Source of the DNA: Porphyridium purpureum
Taxonomy: Eukaryota
DNA: 64,000 nt
Reading direction: 5' to 3'
Assembly (NCBI GenBank): GCA_008690995.1
Contig: VRMN01000003.1
Span: 1,488,001-1,552,000, forward strand
Shown piece by piece: positions 49,254-58,387 of this stretch; the first letter of the stretch is position 1; every line of letters starts with the position of its first letter. The notes beneath the pieces were generated by a model. It was not told the origin of the DNA and did not search any database. It saw only the letters and a program-made list of their open reading frames with translations. Made by a program: the position numbers and the translations under genes.

Positions 49254-50777
49254 TCACTGAACCCGGGCACCTCCAGATGCCGACGAGACCGAATCACTTG
49301 CGGGCGCTTGTGGCGTATCATCATCGTTCTCAGTAAAATCTGCGCCCGGGCCGAGCGCATCCATCCGATCCTCAAGCTCCTTCATTGCTTTCTCGTCCAG
49401 GTGCGTATCATGAAAGCCAAAACCGTGCAGCACATCAACTCCAGAGACCATATCAGCCGTCTCGGCAGTGTCCATGTCAAACTCAGAATCCTCGGCCAAA
49501 GGAACGATGTTCTTGTACTGACTCAAGTCTGTCGGATCGTGCTTCAGCATCGGTTTGATCGGGGCCGTTTCATTCAGAATAAGGTTGAAATTTAAACCCT
49601 GAAACCATGGGTGCGCCTTGATGTCCGATGCCCCATTCTTGTAGCCCAGTCGATGCATCGGATCCTTTCGTAAAAGCGAGAACACAAGATCCTCCATCTG
49701 CTTGCTTACATGGACGTCCGGTGGAAAGTGGAGAGACGCGTGCAGCACATTGTTCAGGACACTCTCACTGTTTGAAGCTTTTCGCTTCTCATGAGCCTTG
49801 ACGTACTTTTCACCAATTACGTCGCGATGCAAAATTCGATCGCGCACACTGAAGTTCTTTGCCGATTTTGCGGCCTCTTTGGAAAAGGGTGAATATCCGA
49901 CGACCATCTCGTACAGAAGAACTCCAAACGTCCACCAATCCACAGCACCCGACTGTTGTTCGTGCAAGACCACCTCCGGTGCCAAATACTCCTCCGTGCC
50001 AACAAAACTCGTTGTCTTCGTGAGCGTCGTAGGTTCAGAGTCGACGACTGTCATGCGATCAATTGCTTTGGCGTGCTTTCCACTCACAATTTGAATAACC
50101 TTTTCCTGCCATGTTTCCTTGCTCATGACCACGCGGCATTCGTGCGCCGCCCCAACTTTGCCCAAGTCAAAGTCGGTCAGCGCGAGATGGCCGCTGGCCT
50201 TCATCATAATATTTTCTGGTTTCAGGTCGCGGTACAAAAAGCCGCATGAGTGCAGAAACTCCAACGCGAGGAGGACTTCGGCTGCGTAAAACCTCGCTGC
50301 CTTTTCCGGAATGCGATTATGCTTTTGCTTCCTCAAAATGCGAAAGAACTCACCGCCTGCAGCATAGTCCATGACGGAATAGAATGCGTGCTTTGTCTGA
50401 AAGGAGGCGTAAAAAGTAATGATGCATGGATGTGTACTGGACGCCATAATTTCGCGCTCGGTCAACACTCGCGTGTGGATCTCATGGCGCCCTTTCCGCT
50501 GCGCGTCGTCCATCGAAATCTCCTTAACAGCGTACACTTTTGTGGGCGAAAACCCATTGAGCACGCACAAATACACTGTGCCGATGGCGCCCTGCCCCAG
50601 CACTCTCAACTTGGAGAACCGACTGGGCTTGATCTCACTTGCCTTGAGCGGGAAGTCCTCGCTCGCCGAAACAGCAAACACATGTTCTGGCGACGGCGAC
50701 CCCGACCCCGGCACCGACGCCGAGTACGCGAGCGACTTCTCTTCTTTCAGGCTCTCCAAGGAACTCAACGCCGCCAT
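49254..50777 (-). CDS. AGC Ser/Thr kinase of the DFD type (AGCVIII/Fpk1-Kin82/phototropin-kinase-like), without LOV domains
   Basis: YRDLKPENI, LTDFDL, an insertion, then TTSFVGTEEYLAPE and VDWWTFG. Confidence 0.93.
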   Translation of the reverse strand: MAALSSLESLKEEKSLAYSASVPGSGSPSPEHVFAVSASEDFPLKASEIKPSRFSKLRVLGQGAIGTVYLCVLNGFSPTKVYAVKEISMDDAQRKGRHEIHTRVLTEREIMASSTHPCIITFYASFQTKHAFYSVMDYAAGGEFFRILRKQKHNRIPEKAARFYAAEVLLALEFLHSCGFLYRDLKPENIMMKASGHLALTDFDLGKVGAAHECRVVMSKETWQEKVIQIVSGKHAKAIDRMTVVDSEPTTLTKTTSFVGTEEYLAPEVVLHEQQSGAVDWWTFGVLLYEMVVGYSPFSKEAAKSAKNFSVRDRILHRDVIGEKYVKAHEKRKASNSESVLNNVLHASLHFPPDVHVSKQMEDLVFSLLRKDPMHRLGYKNGASDIKAHPWFQGLNFNLILNETAPIKPMLKHDPTDLSQYKNIVPLAEDSEFDMDTAETADMVSGVDVLHGFGFHDTHLDEKAMKELEDRMDALGPGADFTENDDDTPQAPASDSVSSASGGARVQ

Positions 50778-51287
50778 CTCGTTTCCTGCAGCGCGCCCGC
50801 GTCCAATTCCCTCGCCACACCGTTTCTCCAGCGACCAAGATGGCCACCACTCGCGGTATCCAGCGCACGCAAAACGGATTCAGCTCGCTACTCGTTCGCG
50901 TTTCTTTTTTTCTTCAGGCGTTTGAACTCGGTTTCTACACGCAGTGCAGAATGACAATTCGCGCCTGTTTTACTAGAGCGCCCGTTTACGCCATCGGCAC
51001 CGGGAGCTCGGAAGAGTCGCTGCTTTGTGGCAACAAGCCGGAGGTCGCTCTGTCTTGAAGTGGCGAGACACAGCGGCTATGCCAGCGCCCTAGACATAGA
51101 TTTGTCTCAACCTTCTGTTGCGTTAGGCGATGTGATTGGTGCGGCACGGTCGAAGTTTGGCACGCGTTCCGCAGAGTTCCGGGCGCGCAGGTACCGACGA
51201 ATGCGAGCTAGGACGTGTCAAGGAGAACACCGCAGGGTGTCCTCACATTGCAGCATTATTGAAGGCTTAGATTTAGGGATTTAATCG

Positions 51288-52199
51288 TCACTTTTTAGTT
51301 TTTGGCTTGGGGGCATACGATCGGTCGGGCTCCAAAGAGTCTAGAAAGTTTCGGTAAAACTCGTGCATGGCCGGCTGGTGGGAAAGCTCCATGTCATTAT
51401 GTCCTACGTCGTCCAGGAAAAGAGTCTCCAGCCGCACGGGATTCGGCGCCGAGTTGATGCGTTCGACAAGCATCGCTGCATGCGAAAACGGTACCACTTC
51501 GTCCTCTTTCCCATGCACAATCAGGATGGGACATCCAATGGACGCCACCTTGTCAATGTTCGCGAACATGTCAAAGAACATGGTCCGCTTGATGTTCATC
51601 ACGACGCGCACACAGCTGGCAAGCGGCGAGATCAAGATTGTGGCCGCCGCCTCTCGCGTGGACGCTAGGTGAGTCGTTGGGCCCGAGCCTATGGAGCGAC
51701 CGACCAAAACCAGACGATTGAAAGGAACTTTCAAAGTACTTACACAAAAATCGTACGCTGCCTCTGCGTCCGAGTAGAATGCCTTTTCAGAGCACTCGGC
51801 GCCAACCTTCTCAGACTTGCTGCCTGAATCCGGTGTCTTTTCCGGGCGTGTCTGAGCCGCGCCATACCCCGTATAGTCGTACGCAACCACTGTGACGTCA
51901 CAATCGGTGCACAGCTGCTCCACGTACGACGCAACTAGCCCGAGATCCTCACCGTTTCCGTGCGCATACAGTAACGTAAAGTGTTCTTTGCCGATGCCTC
52001 CAGAGCTCGGCGCGCGAAACACGGCCAGTGGTATCTTCTTGCCGCTCACTTTGCTTTCATGAGAACCAACTTTCACGAACGCCACAGAAACCGCCTCGTT
52101 ATTGCGCACGCGATAATACTTCAGCTCCTGGTTCTCGTTCACCTCGTACGTCGGAGGTGTAGGCGGTACGAATACCATGTGACTATACGTTGAGCCCAT
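51288..52199 (-). CDS. ABHD17-like alpha/beta hydrolase
   Basis: LLYAHGNGEDLG, YDYTGYG, GRSIGSGP, HGKEDEVVP and GHND. Confidence 0.9.
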   Translation of the reverse strand: MGSTYSHMVFVPPTPPTYEVNENQELKYYRVRNNEAVSVAFVKVGSHESKVSGKKIPLAVFRAPSSGGIGKEHFTLLYAHGNGEDLGLVASYVEQLCTDCDVTVVAYDYTGYGAAQTRPEKTPDSGSKSEKVGAECSEKAFYSDAEAAYDFCVSTLKVPFNRLVLVGRSIGSGPTTHLASTREAAATILISPLASCVRVVMNIKRTMFFDMFANIDKVASIGCPILIVHGKEDEVVPFSHAAMLVERINSAPNPVRLETLFLDDVGHNDMELSHQPAMHEFYRNFLDSLEPDRSYAPKPKTKK

Positions 52200-52389
52200 C
52201 TCTCGCCAACCCCACCGCAGCTTTCATCAGCTTCACACTTCCATGCAATGAAGCGTTTGAACCAGGGAAGTCATGAGAACAAGTTTATGCGATTGGAAGA
52301 ACGAACGACAAGGTTTCCGATTCGGCCTGAGGGGGGATACTGAAGGTGCACATGCTGAGGCTGGGCTGAAGGTGCAGCTGCTGAGACTG

Positions 52390-53205
52390 TTACTGTTGCT
52401 GCCGATTCTCAGCAAAGGTGGCGTCGATGCGCCCTAGTTTTGGAGCGATTTCGGCCTTGATCGCAGAGATGCGATCTGCGAAGGACGCCCCCTTATTCTC
52501 GCTGGCGAGAAGATTGCCTGTGTGAGCAGTGCATACATTCTGGACATCGAAGCGCTGCGGGAGAGACTCCAGCCACCGCAGGAAATCAGCACCGGCGCCG
52601 GCGCGGGGCTCAAGGGCCTTGGCGTACATTGCGTGCACGTCCAACTTGCCTTCCTCCAATAGGCCCGTCCATTTGATTAGCCGCGGGACCGAATGGAAGT
52701 ACCCGAGTGTATCATCGACGTGCAGGGTCTTTGAAGCAGGATGGTATGCTACGACAGAGCCGGCGTGTACATTGTCATTGCCTGGAACCACGAGACGCAA
52801 TCCTTCGGAAACGGAGAATTCCAGGTCGTCTTTAAACAATGCGGCAAACTCGGGCGTCTCGACAAGCTCCTTTTCAAACTTGATCTGTTCGCCAAGCTTT
52901 TCCTTGTGTCTGGCGGTACCGTAAACCTTGGCGGTCGGGAACATCTTGTGCATCTCCGCCACGTAGACCGTATGGAACGGATGCACGTTAATGATAGCTG
53001 ACACCAGTGAGCCCTGTTGCGTCATTTGCAACAGCTTTTCCTTGTCATTCGGTCCCACCGAAACCGCATCGAGCAACACATACTGGCCCGAGCGGCATTT
53101 CACCAAGGACATGTGTGTGCCCACGTCAATGAGGTGCAGCAACTTAAACGACCCGCGGATGTTCCAAAACAGGTTCTCCGCAACCTCTACGATGCGCGAC
53201 GCCAT
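52390..53205 (-). CDS. Uncharacterised bacterial-like metallo-beta-lactamase-fold protein
   Basis: FWNIRGSFK..DVGTHMSLV, NVHPFHT, YGTARH, YHPASKTLHVDDT and CTAH. Confidence 0.7.
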   Translation of the reverse strand: MASRIVEVAENLFWNIRGSFKLLHLIDVGTHMSLVKCRSGQYVLLDAVSVGPNDKEKLLQMTQQGSLVSAIINVHPFHTVYVAEMHKMFPTAKVYGTARHKEKLGEQIKFEKELVETPEFAALFKDDLEFSVSEGLRLVVPGNDNVHAGSVVAYHPASKTLHVDDTLGYFHSVPRLIKWTGLLEEGKLDVHAMYAKALEPRAGAGADFLRWLESLPQRFDVQNVCTAHTGNLLASENKGASFADRISAIKAEIAPKLGRIDATFAENRQQQ

Positions 53206-55026
53206 GGCTCACTGCCGCGTTATCCAACCACCGACCCCTGCCGTCACCGTCCTTGCCCTGCTCTGCGCCGTCCTCGTGAGGCGTGCAGCCGATTGCACCT
53301 CATTCCACAAGGCATCTCGCCGTTCCAGTTGGCGTCTTCTGCGCTCGATATTTCGAGCTGCGATAAGGAACGGGAAAAAGACCGGAAGACTTGGAGTTTA
53401 TTCTGTGTTCAATCATGAGGAGGCTTTAGCAAGCTTCTTCCTGGCACGCCGATCGCGCGCGTCGAAATGGGAGGCCCTATGTTCGTCGCTACAACGGAGG
53501 GATGAGGACCCAAGAGCCAGACGCGAACTTCACATGCCCAAACGCTTCAAAGTTCCGCAATGAAATGTTCTTGGTATCGCCCAGCTTGGGCTTGATCTTT
53601 CTCTTGGGGCTGCAAGCTCTAGGCATGTGCGCCTCATTGAACCTCATCGTTCTGGAGCTGCACCGGAGCATCTTGAACGCCCATCGCCGCTGGAAGCGCC
53701 AACAGGCCGAGCACGCCAGCTGGTGCATGGTCTTGGGGCATATTTTGCGGCCTCGGTAGTGGATCGCGTTGGAAGTATTAGAAAGCTGTAGCACGGTGAC
53801 GTCGTACCCGCGCTCAAGGCACACGGCCGGCCGCACTTCCGCCCGATGCACATGGTTGCGCTTGAGTATGCGTGCTCGCAATTTGCCGCATGGCACAGCG
53901 AGTAGCGCTGACGCGCATTATCTGCTGCGCTGCATTGGGACGCAAGCTCTTCAAGGCCAAAGCACAGCCACGCAGTGAGCCGCCATTCGCCGTCGCTGAC
54001 AGACACCGCTCGAACGTAGCCCGACTCAAGCAATCTCTGGAAGGTGCGTACGCCTCGATCCACTAGCGTGTCCACGCCGATGCCCAACTCTGGCAGCTGC
54101 GCGTTGGCTGGTGTTTTCGTTACAAATGACGCCTTAAACAGTGAGAAGATTGTCAAGAAGATCTTGGGCGTCGCCGCGACACCCGTCGCTCGAGACGAAG
54201 CAGATGGTTGTGTTTTTTCCTCAGCTGGTGCGCTCAGGGAGCTCCAGGGCATAGCGCAGGACGGAGTGGCGGCGCTTGACATCGATTCATTCAAATGTTG
54301 CTGTGAATAGCGTTTAGAAGGCTGCACAGCCCCGCGCGCGTGAAACGGAGCCTGTACCCGACGTCACAGAGGATCTTTTGGGGATGGGGGCGCCGTGCGA
54401 GCACACCGCGTCTATTGGGCGGGACCACGTGACCGCGCTCGTCCTACTTCTCGGAGGTCGCGCGCGTTTTCAAGACGACTTGATAATTGTCCGCAACTGG
54501 TTGGTCGAGACAGAGTCTAACGTAGAGGCACAGCTCTCCACAATGGCAGCGACAAGCGGCGCTCACCGCACGGGCAATACTGATCTCGGGCCGCTCGGGT
54601 AGAGTGGTTTGGGAGACGCTGTAGTGCTAGCGAGCTACTCATACTGTAACTGAAGTATCCGCAGCTTTCGGTTGCCGCAGACAAATTTCTATTATGAATT
54701 GTAGCGACAATTGATGGTCTTGGAAGCGTCTATAAAAGTACTTTTGAGCGGAACCAATTACAGCAATTTTCAGCTGCGGAAGGCGCTAAGTATACATCTC
54801 TGAATGTGCACGGGGCTTCCTAGTCGAGGGAAGTACTTGCACGCCAATGGCCAAAAGATGTGCACTCGGACGCGCACGACCCGCTGAACTTACCGTCCTG
54901 TGAAGCCTGAGCATTTTTAATTTTTAATTCTATAACATCTGTGACAAAGAATTCGCCACGCATGGAGCTGTGAGTGGGACAAAGCCATCTCGCGATCAGT
55001 TTCAAAGTTTCCGCCTATCAACTGGT

Positions 55027-57207
55027 TTATTTCCCGACCTTCTTTTGCAATGGGGGCGGATTAAAGCCACAGCTTCTCGAATCGTGCGCAAGCATCAAGG
55101 GAATGGCTTCCGCGACACGGGCGCACGGTTTCTTCTTATACTTGCTGCGTGCCAATTCTGCCACTTTCGGGTGCCAATGCTGGCACAGCGCAAAAAGCTC
55201 CCACGACATGCTGTCCAGTGCACCAGAGCTGTCTGGGTCTTCTTGCGAGAGGCTGTACGCACCCAAGGTAATTTGGTCTTCCGCTTCGACGCATTCAGGC
55301 CAGCCCGAGTGCGGTAGGACAGCCAGTCCGGCCGCCAGTGTGCCAATATTGCAGCAGTGCTGATCTAAAAACATGCTCATTTGGAACAAACGGCGTGCAA
55401 ATGCTGCACGGCGTACGGCTGTGACCTTTCGTTGGTCTAAGGCACATCCAATTGTCTCAAGCAGCAGCAAAACATTCTCCACGGTACATGATTTCGGCTC
55501 CTCCATGATACGGCGCGCACATTCGTACAGTCTCACGTCCAATTCACGGAAATCAAAATTTGTCGTCGTAGATTCCTGCTCTCCATTCGCATTCACCGTC
55601 TGCACTTCAAGCGTTTGCGATGACGGGGCCGTGCGAACAAGCGCATCATTAGTTCGATATGCCGCGTGCAAACAGTTCAGTACCACGGACACCTTCAGTG
55701 TGTTTGAGGCAAAGAATGGGTTCAGAGCATCTAAAAGATCTTTCAGCACATCCGAGTTGATCAGACCAACCATATCCTCAATACCGTGCAGTATAATGTC
55801 CAAGCATGGTGGCTTATGCATTGCGCCGTGACCGTACGCCTGCAATCCATCACCAGACGCAGACAGACTCACAGAAGAAAGGATGCGAAAGTACGTCAGC
55901 GATACGTGCTTTAAGATTTCGCGTTTCGCGGCCATCTGATCTTCCGGTGACGCGCGGGCCTCCATCTCGCGCAAGTCACGCTCCAATTCAGCATCGAGAC
56001 GCGCCGATTCTTCGGACTTTGTTAGCTTTTTGGAGCGCGCCTTCTTGATCTTTCGCAGAGTCTCTCGCGATTTGTCCGTCCCAAATGTTTGCATTGAGCG
56101 TAACTTCAGCCTCAGGAAGGGCTCTAGTAGAGATGCCTTTGTCGACACACCATGCTTACGCGCCATTTCACTGATGGCGCGCACGCTAACAACGCATGTC
56201 TCAAGTGCCTGACCTCCCAATAGATGTGCCGCACCGAGCAACTCTCCGACCGCCTCTGACGCAGCATCCCGCACTGCTGCTATGCGATGGCCCAAGTAAG
56301 AGCACACAAACGTGGCAAGTTTGCTCGACTCGTTAAAGTGTGCAAGACTCACGAGCATTCGCGAAAGACACGTCATGGCGGTGACACCTATGCTTTCGAT
56401 AGTCTGCTTTTTTACGACGCCTATCGGACCAGTTGCTGATCCTTCGCGGGACCGCGCATGGCCGCCCGCACTGCGACTATCAATACCTTTCACAAAGTCA
56501 ATCAAGCGCGCCAGAAACCGGCCATACGCCAGTAATAAAGATTGCTCAAAGTTCCGGACGCGTGCAACGTCCTTTGAGACCTTGACACTGGCCTCGGCTT
56601 CGGTCAAAGCTCGAATCGCGTACGCTGGACACAGGTCCATGAAAAGGTGCGCTTCCGTGAGCATGGCGAGCTGTCTGACCAACTTAGATTTGTTTGTGGC
56701 CCCATAAAATGTGGAAAACTGATTGAAGAGCTTCACGTGCTTCTCCGGATCCGACGTCAACAGCATGGCAAGCTTTGCAATCGCATTTTTGTCTTCGTTC
56801 TCCCTGTGCACAGGTTTCGAGTGACTGTCCGCGCGGTCAGACCTTTTGCGCTCTTCCTGCTCAGCAACCTTTTCGACTGCCACAAGACTGCCAGCTTCGA
56901 CAGGGCGTGCTTGTACCAACGCTTTCTTCTTCGGTGCGCTGCGAGGAGCGCCCTCTCTCTGTGATTCCTTGATGAATGACTGTGACCCGTGATCAAGCAC
57001 GGGCATTCGCTTCGGAGCCTCAGGTGCCGCGACCTGCGTGAACATACGGCGCGCCTTGCGCTCAAACTCTGGCGCGTGCGCCTCATCGTCCTCATCGCTG
57101 CCCACTCGCCGTTTGCTCCGCTGCGCTCGACTTCCATTTGCAAGTACCTTTATGCTGTCTTCATGGCGACCGCCGCCATCCTGCCGATCCCACTTCCGTT
57201 TCCCCAT
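55027..57207 (-). CDS. NOC3: Nucleolar complex protein 3 (CBF/Mak21 domain)
   Basis: IAKLA..L..DPE, LFMDLCPAYAIRALTE.E...KVSKDV..VR.FEQSLL..Y, HFN, TYFRIL, R.AAF.RRL and WELFAL..HWHP.V. Confidence 0.88.
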   Translation of the reverse strand: MGKRKWDRQDGGGRHEDSIKVLANGSRAQRSKRRVGSDEDDEAHAPEFERKARRMFTQVAAPEAPKRMPVLDHGSQSFIKESQREGAPRSAPKKKALVQARPVEAGSLVAVEKVAEQEERKRSDRADSHSKPVHRENEDKNAIAKLAMLLTSDPEKHVKLFNQFSTFYGATNKSKLVRQLAMLTEAHLFMDLCPAYAIRALTEAEASVKVSKDVARVRNFEQSLLLAYGRFLARLIDFVKGIDSRSAGGHARSREGSATGPIGVVKKQTIESIGVTAMTCLSRMLVSLAHFNESSKLATFVCSYLGHRIAAVRDAASEAVGELLGAAHLLGGQALETCVVSVRAISEMARKHGVSTKASLLEPFLRLKLRSMQTFGTDKSRETLRKIKKARSKKLTKSEESARLDAELERDLREMEARASPEDQMAAKREILKHVSLTYFRILSSVSLSASGDGLQAYGHGAMHKPPCLDIILHGIEDMVGLINSDVLKDLLDALNPFFASNTLKVSVVLNCLHAAYRTNDALVRTAPSSQTLEVQTVNANGEQESTTTNFDFRELDVRLYECARRIMEEPKSCTVENVLLLLETIGCALDQRKVTAVRRAAFARRLFQMSMFLDQHCCNIGTLAAGLAVLPHSGWPECVEAEDQITLGAYSLSQEDPDSSGALDSMSWELFALCQHWHPKVAELARSKYKKKPCARVAEAIPLMLAHDSRSCGFNPPPLQKKVGK

Positions 57208-57244
57208 CGCAAATACCTACTGCTGAACCCGACCGCTCACCGGC

Positions 57245-57382
57245 TCATTCAGCTTTCTGCGCGTCTTGCTCCTTCTCGGCGTTCGCCGCACCTAAGCGCT
57301 TGTACGCGTAGACGCCCAGCCCGGTCGCCAGCGTGATACACAAAAGAGCAATCGCAATTTTCTCCGGCAAGAACAGGGCCAT
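57245..57382 (-). CDS. Putative 45-aa single-TM microprotein or uORF immediately upstream of NOC3
   Basis: MALFLPEKIAIALLCITLATGLGVYAYKRLGAANAEKEQDAQKAE: hydrophobic helix, KR flank and a charged tail. Confidence 0.45.
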   Translation of the reverse strand: MALFLPEKIAIALLCITLATGLGVYAYKRLGAANAEKEQDAQKAE

Positions 57383-57412
57383 GCTGAGACGACGTGGAAC
57401 CCGATTGTCTCC

Positions 57413-57444
57413 GTGTGTGTGTATGTGTGTGTGTGTGTGTGTGT
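57413..57444. repeat. (GT)n microsatellite with one interruption
   Basis: gtgtgtgtgtatgtgtgtgtgtgtgtgtgtgt read directly. Confidence 0.9.
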
Positions 57445-57598
57445 CTTCCCCTCTCTCGCTCATGTGCTCCTTCCGCCCCGTCGCACCCAGCCCGCGGCAC
57501 GTCCCACGCGCGAGTGCTGCCGCCGTGCGCGTCTAGCTTTCTAACAAAACACGCGGATTTGATATGTGTTTGTGCGAGAGGCGTCGGGGCCTGGCGCG

Positions 57599-58237
57599 AT
57601 GGAGGCGCGGCTGTATCTGGTGCGGCATGGCCGCAGCCGCGCAAACGACGCCGGCATCATCGTGAGTGCCTTGCAGAATGGCGTGCGACCGGAGTATGGC
57701 CTGACAGACGGGCTGGGTCGCGAGCAAGCGCGTGCGGCCGGGCAAAAGCTCGCCGCGTGCATCGAAGGTACTGGCGCCCACGACCCACTGGTGATTCTGG
57801 CGCATTCGCCATTCTCCCGCACGGAGCAAACAGCAGACGAAATGGCACGGGGTATGGCTGACGCCAGTGGCACGTTTTGTGCAAAGCTGCTTCCAGTCGA
57901 ACAGTTTCGCGAGCGTGACTTTGGTGCGTTTGAGTTGAGTTCAGACGCAAATTACGAGACAGTGTGGGAGCACGATGCGGTGAATGACGTGCATTGGCTG
58001 GATACGCACGGCGTGGAACGTGCAGAGCATGTCCTGCAGCGCATGATGCACGGGATCCAGGCCGTCTATGAGCATTTTCGAGCCACAGAAATCTCGCTCT
58101 GTATTGTGTCTCACGGTGACGCGCTCCAAATCCTGCGTGCCCACCTAGCCGCTGGCATCCCTCCCAATTTGCACCGCCAGCTGGACGCTTTACAAAACGC
58201 GCAGATCGTTGCCGTTCCGTGCGAAAGACCGCCGTAG
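57599..58237 (+). CDS. Histidine phosphatase / phosphoglycerate mutase family protein
   Basis: LYLVRHG, SPFSRT.QTA, RERDFG.FE and IVSHGD.L. Confidence 0.92.
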   Translation: MEARLYLVRHGRSRANDAGIIVSALQNGVRPEYGLTDGLGREQARAAGQKLAACIEGTGAHDPLVILAHSPFSRTEQTADEMARGMADASGTFCAKLLPVEQFRERDFGAFELSSDANYETVWEHDAVNDVHWLDTHGVERAEHVLQRMMHGIQAVYEHFRATEISLCIVSHGDALQILRAHLAAGIPPNLHRQLDALQNAQIVAVPCERPP

Positions 58238-58387
58238 ATGCATTGCTTCTGATTGTTTTCTTTCCACACCTGATCGGCAACTGCTGCGTAACTTTTCTCC
58301 CGCGGTTCCTGTTTTCACGCGTGGCCAAGGAAAAAGAACAGCACGGTCTCGTACGGCTACGGCCAGAACCTCCATTTAGATCGAAAA

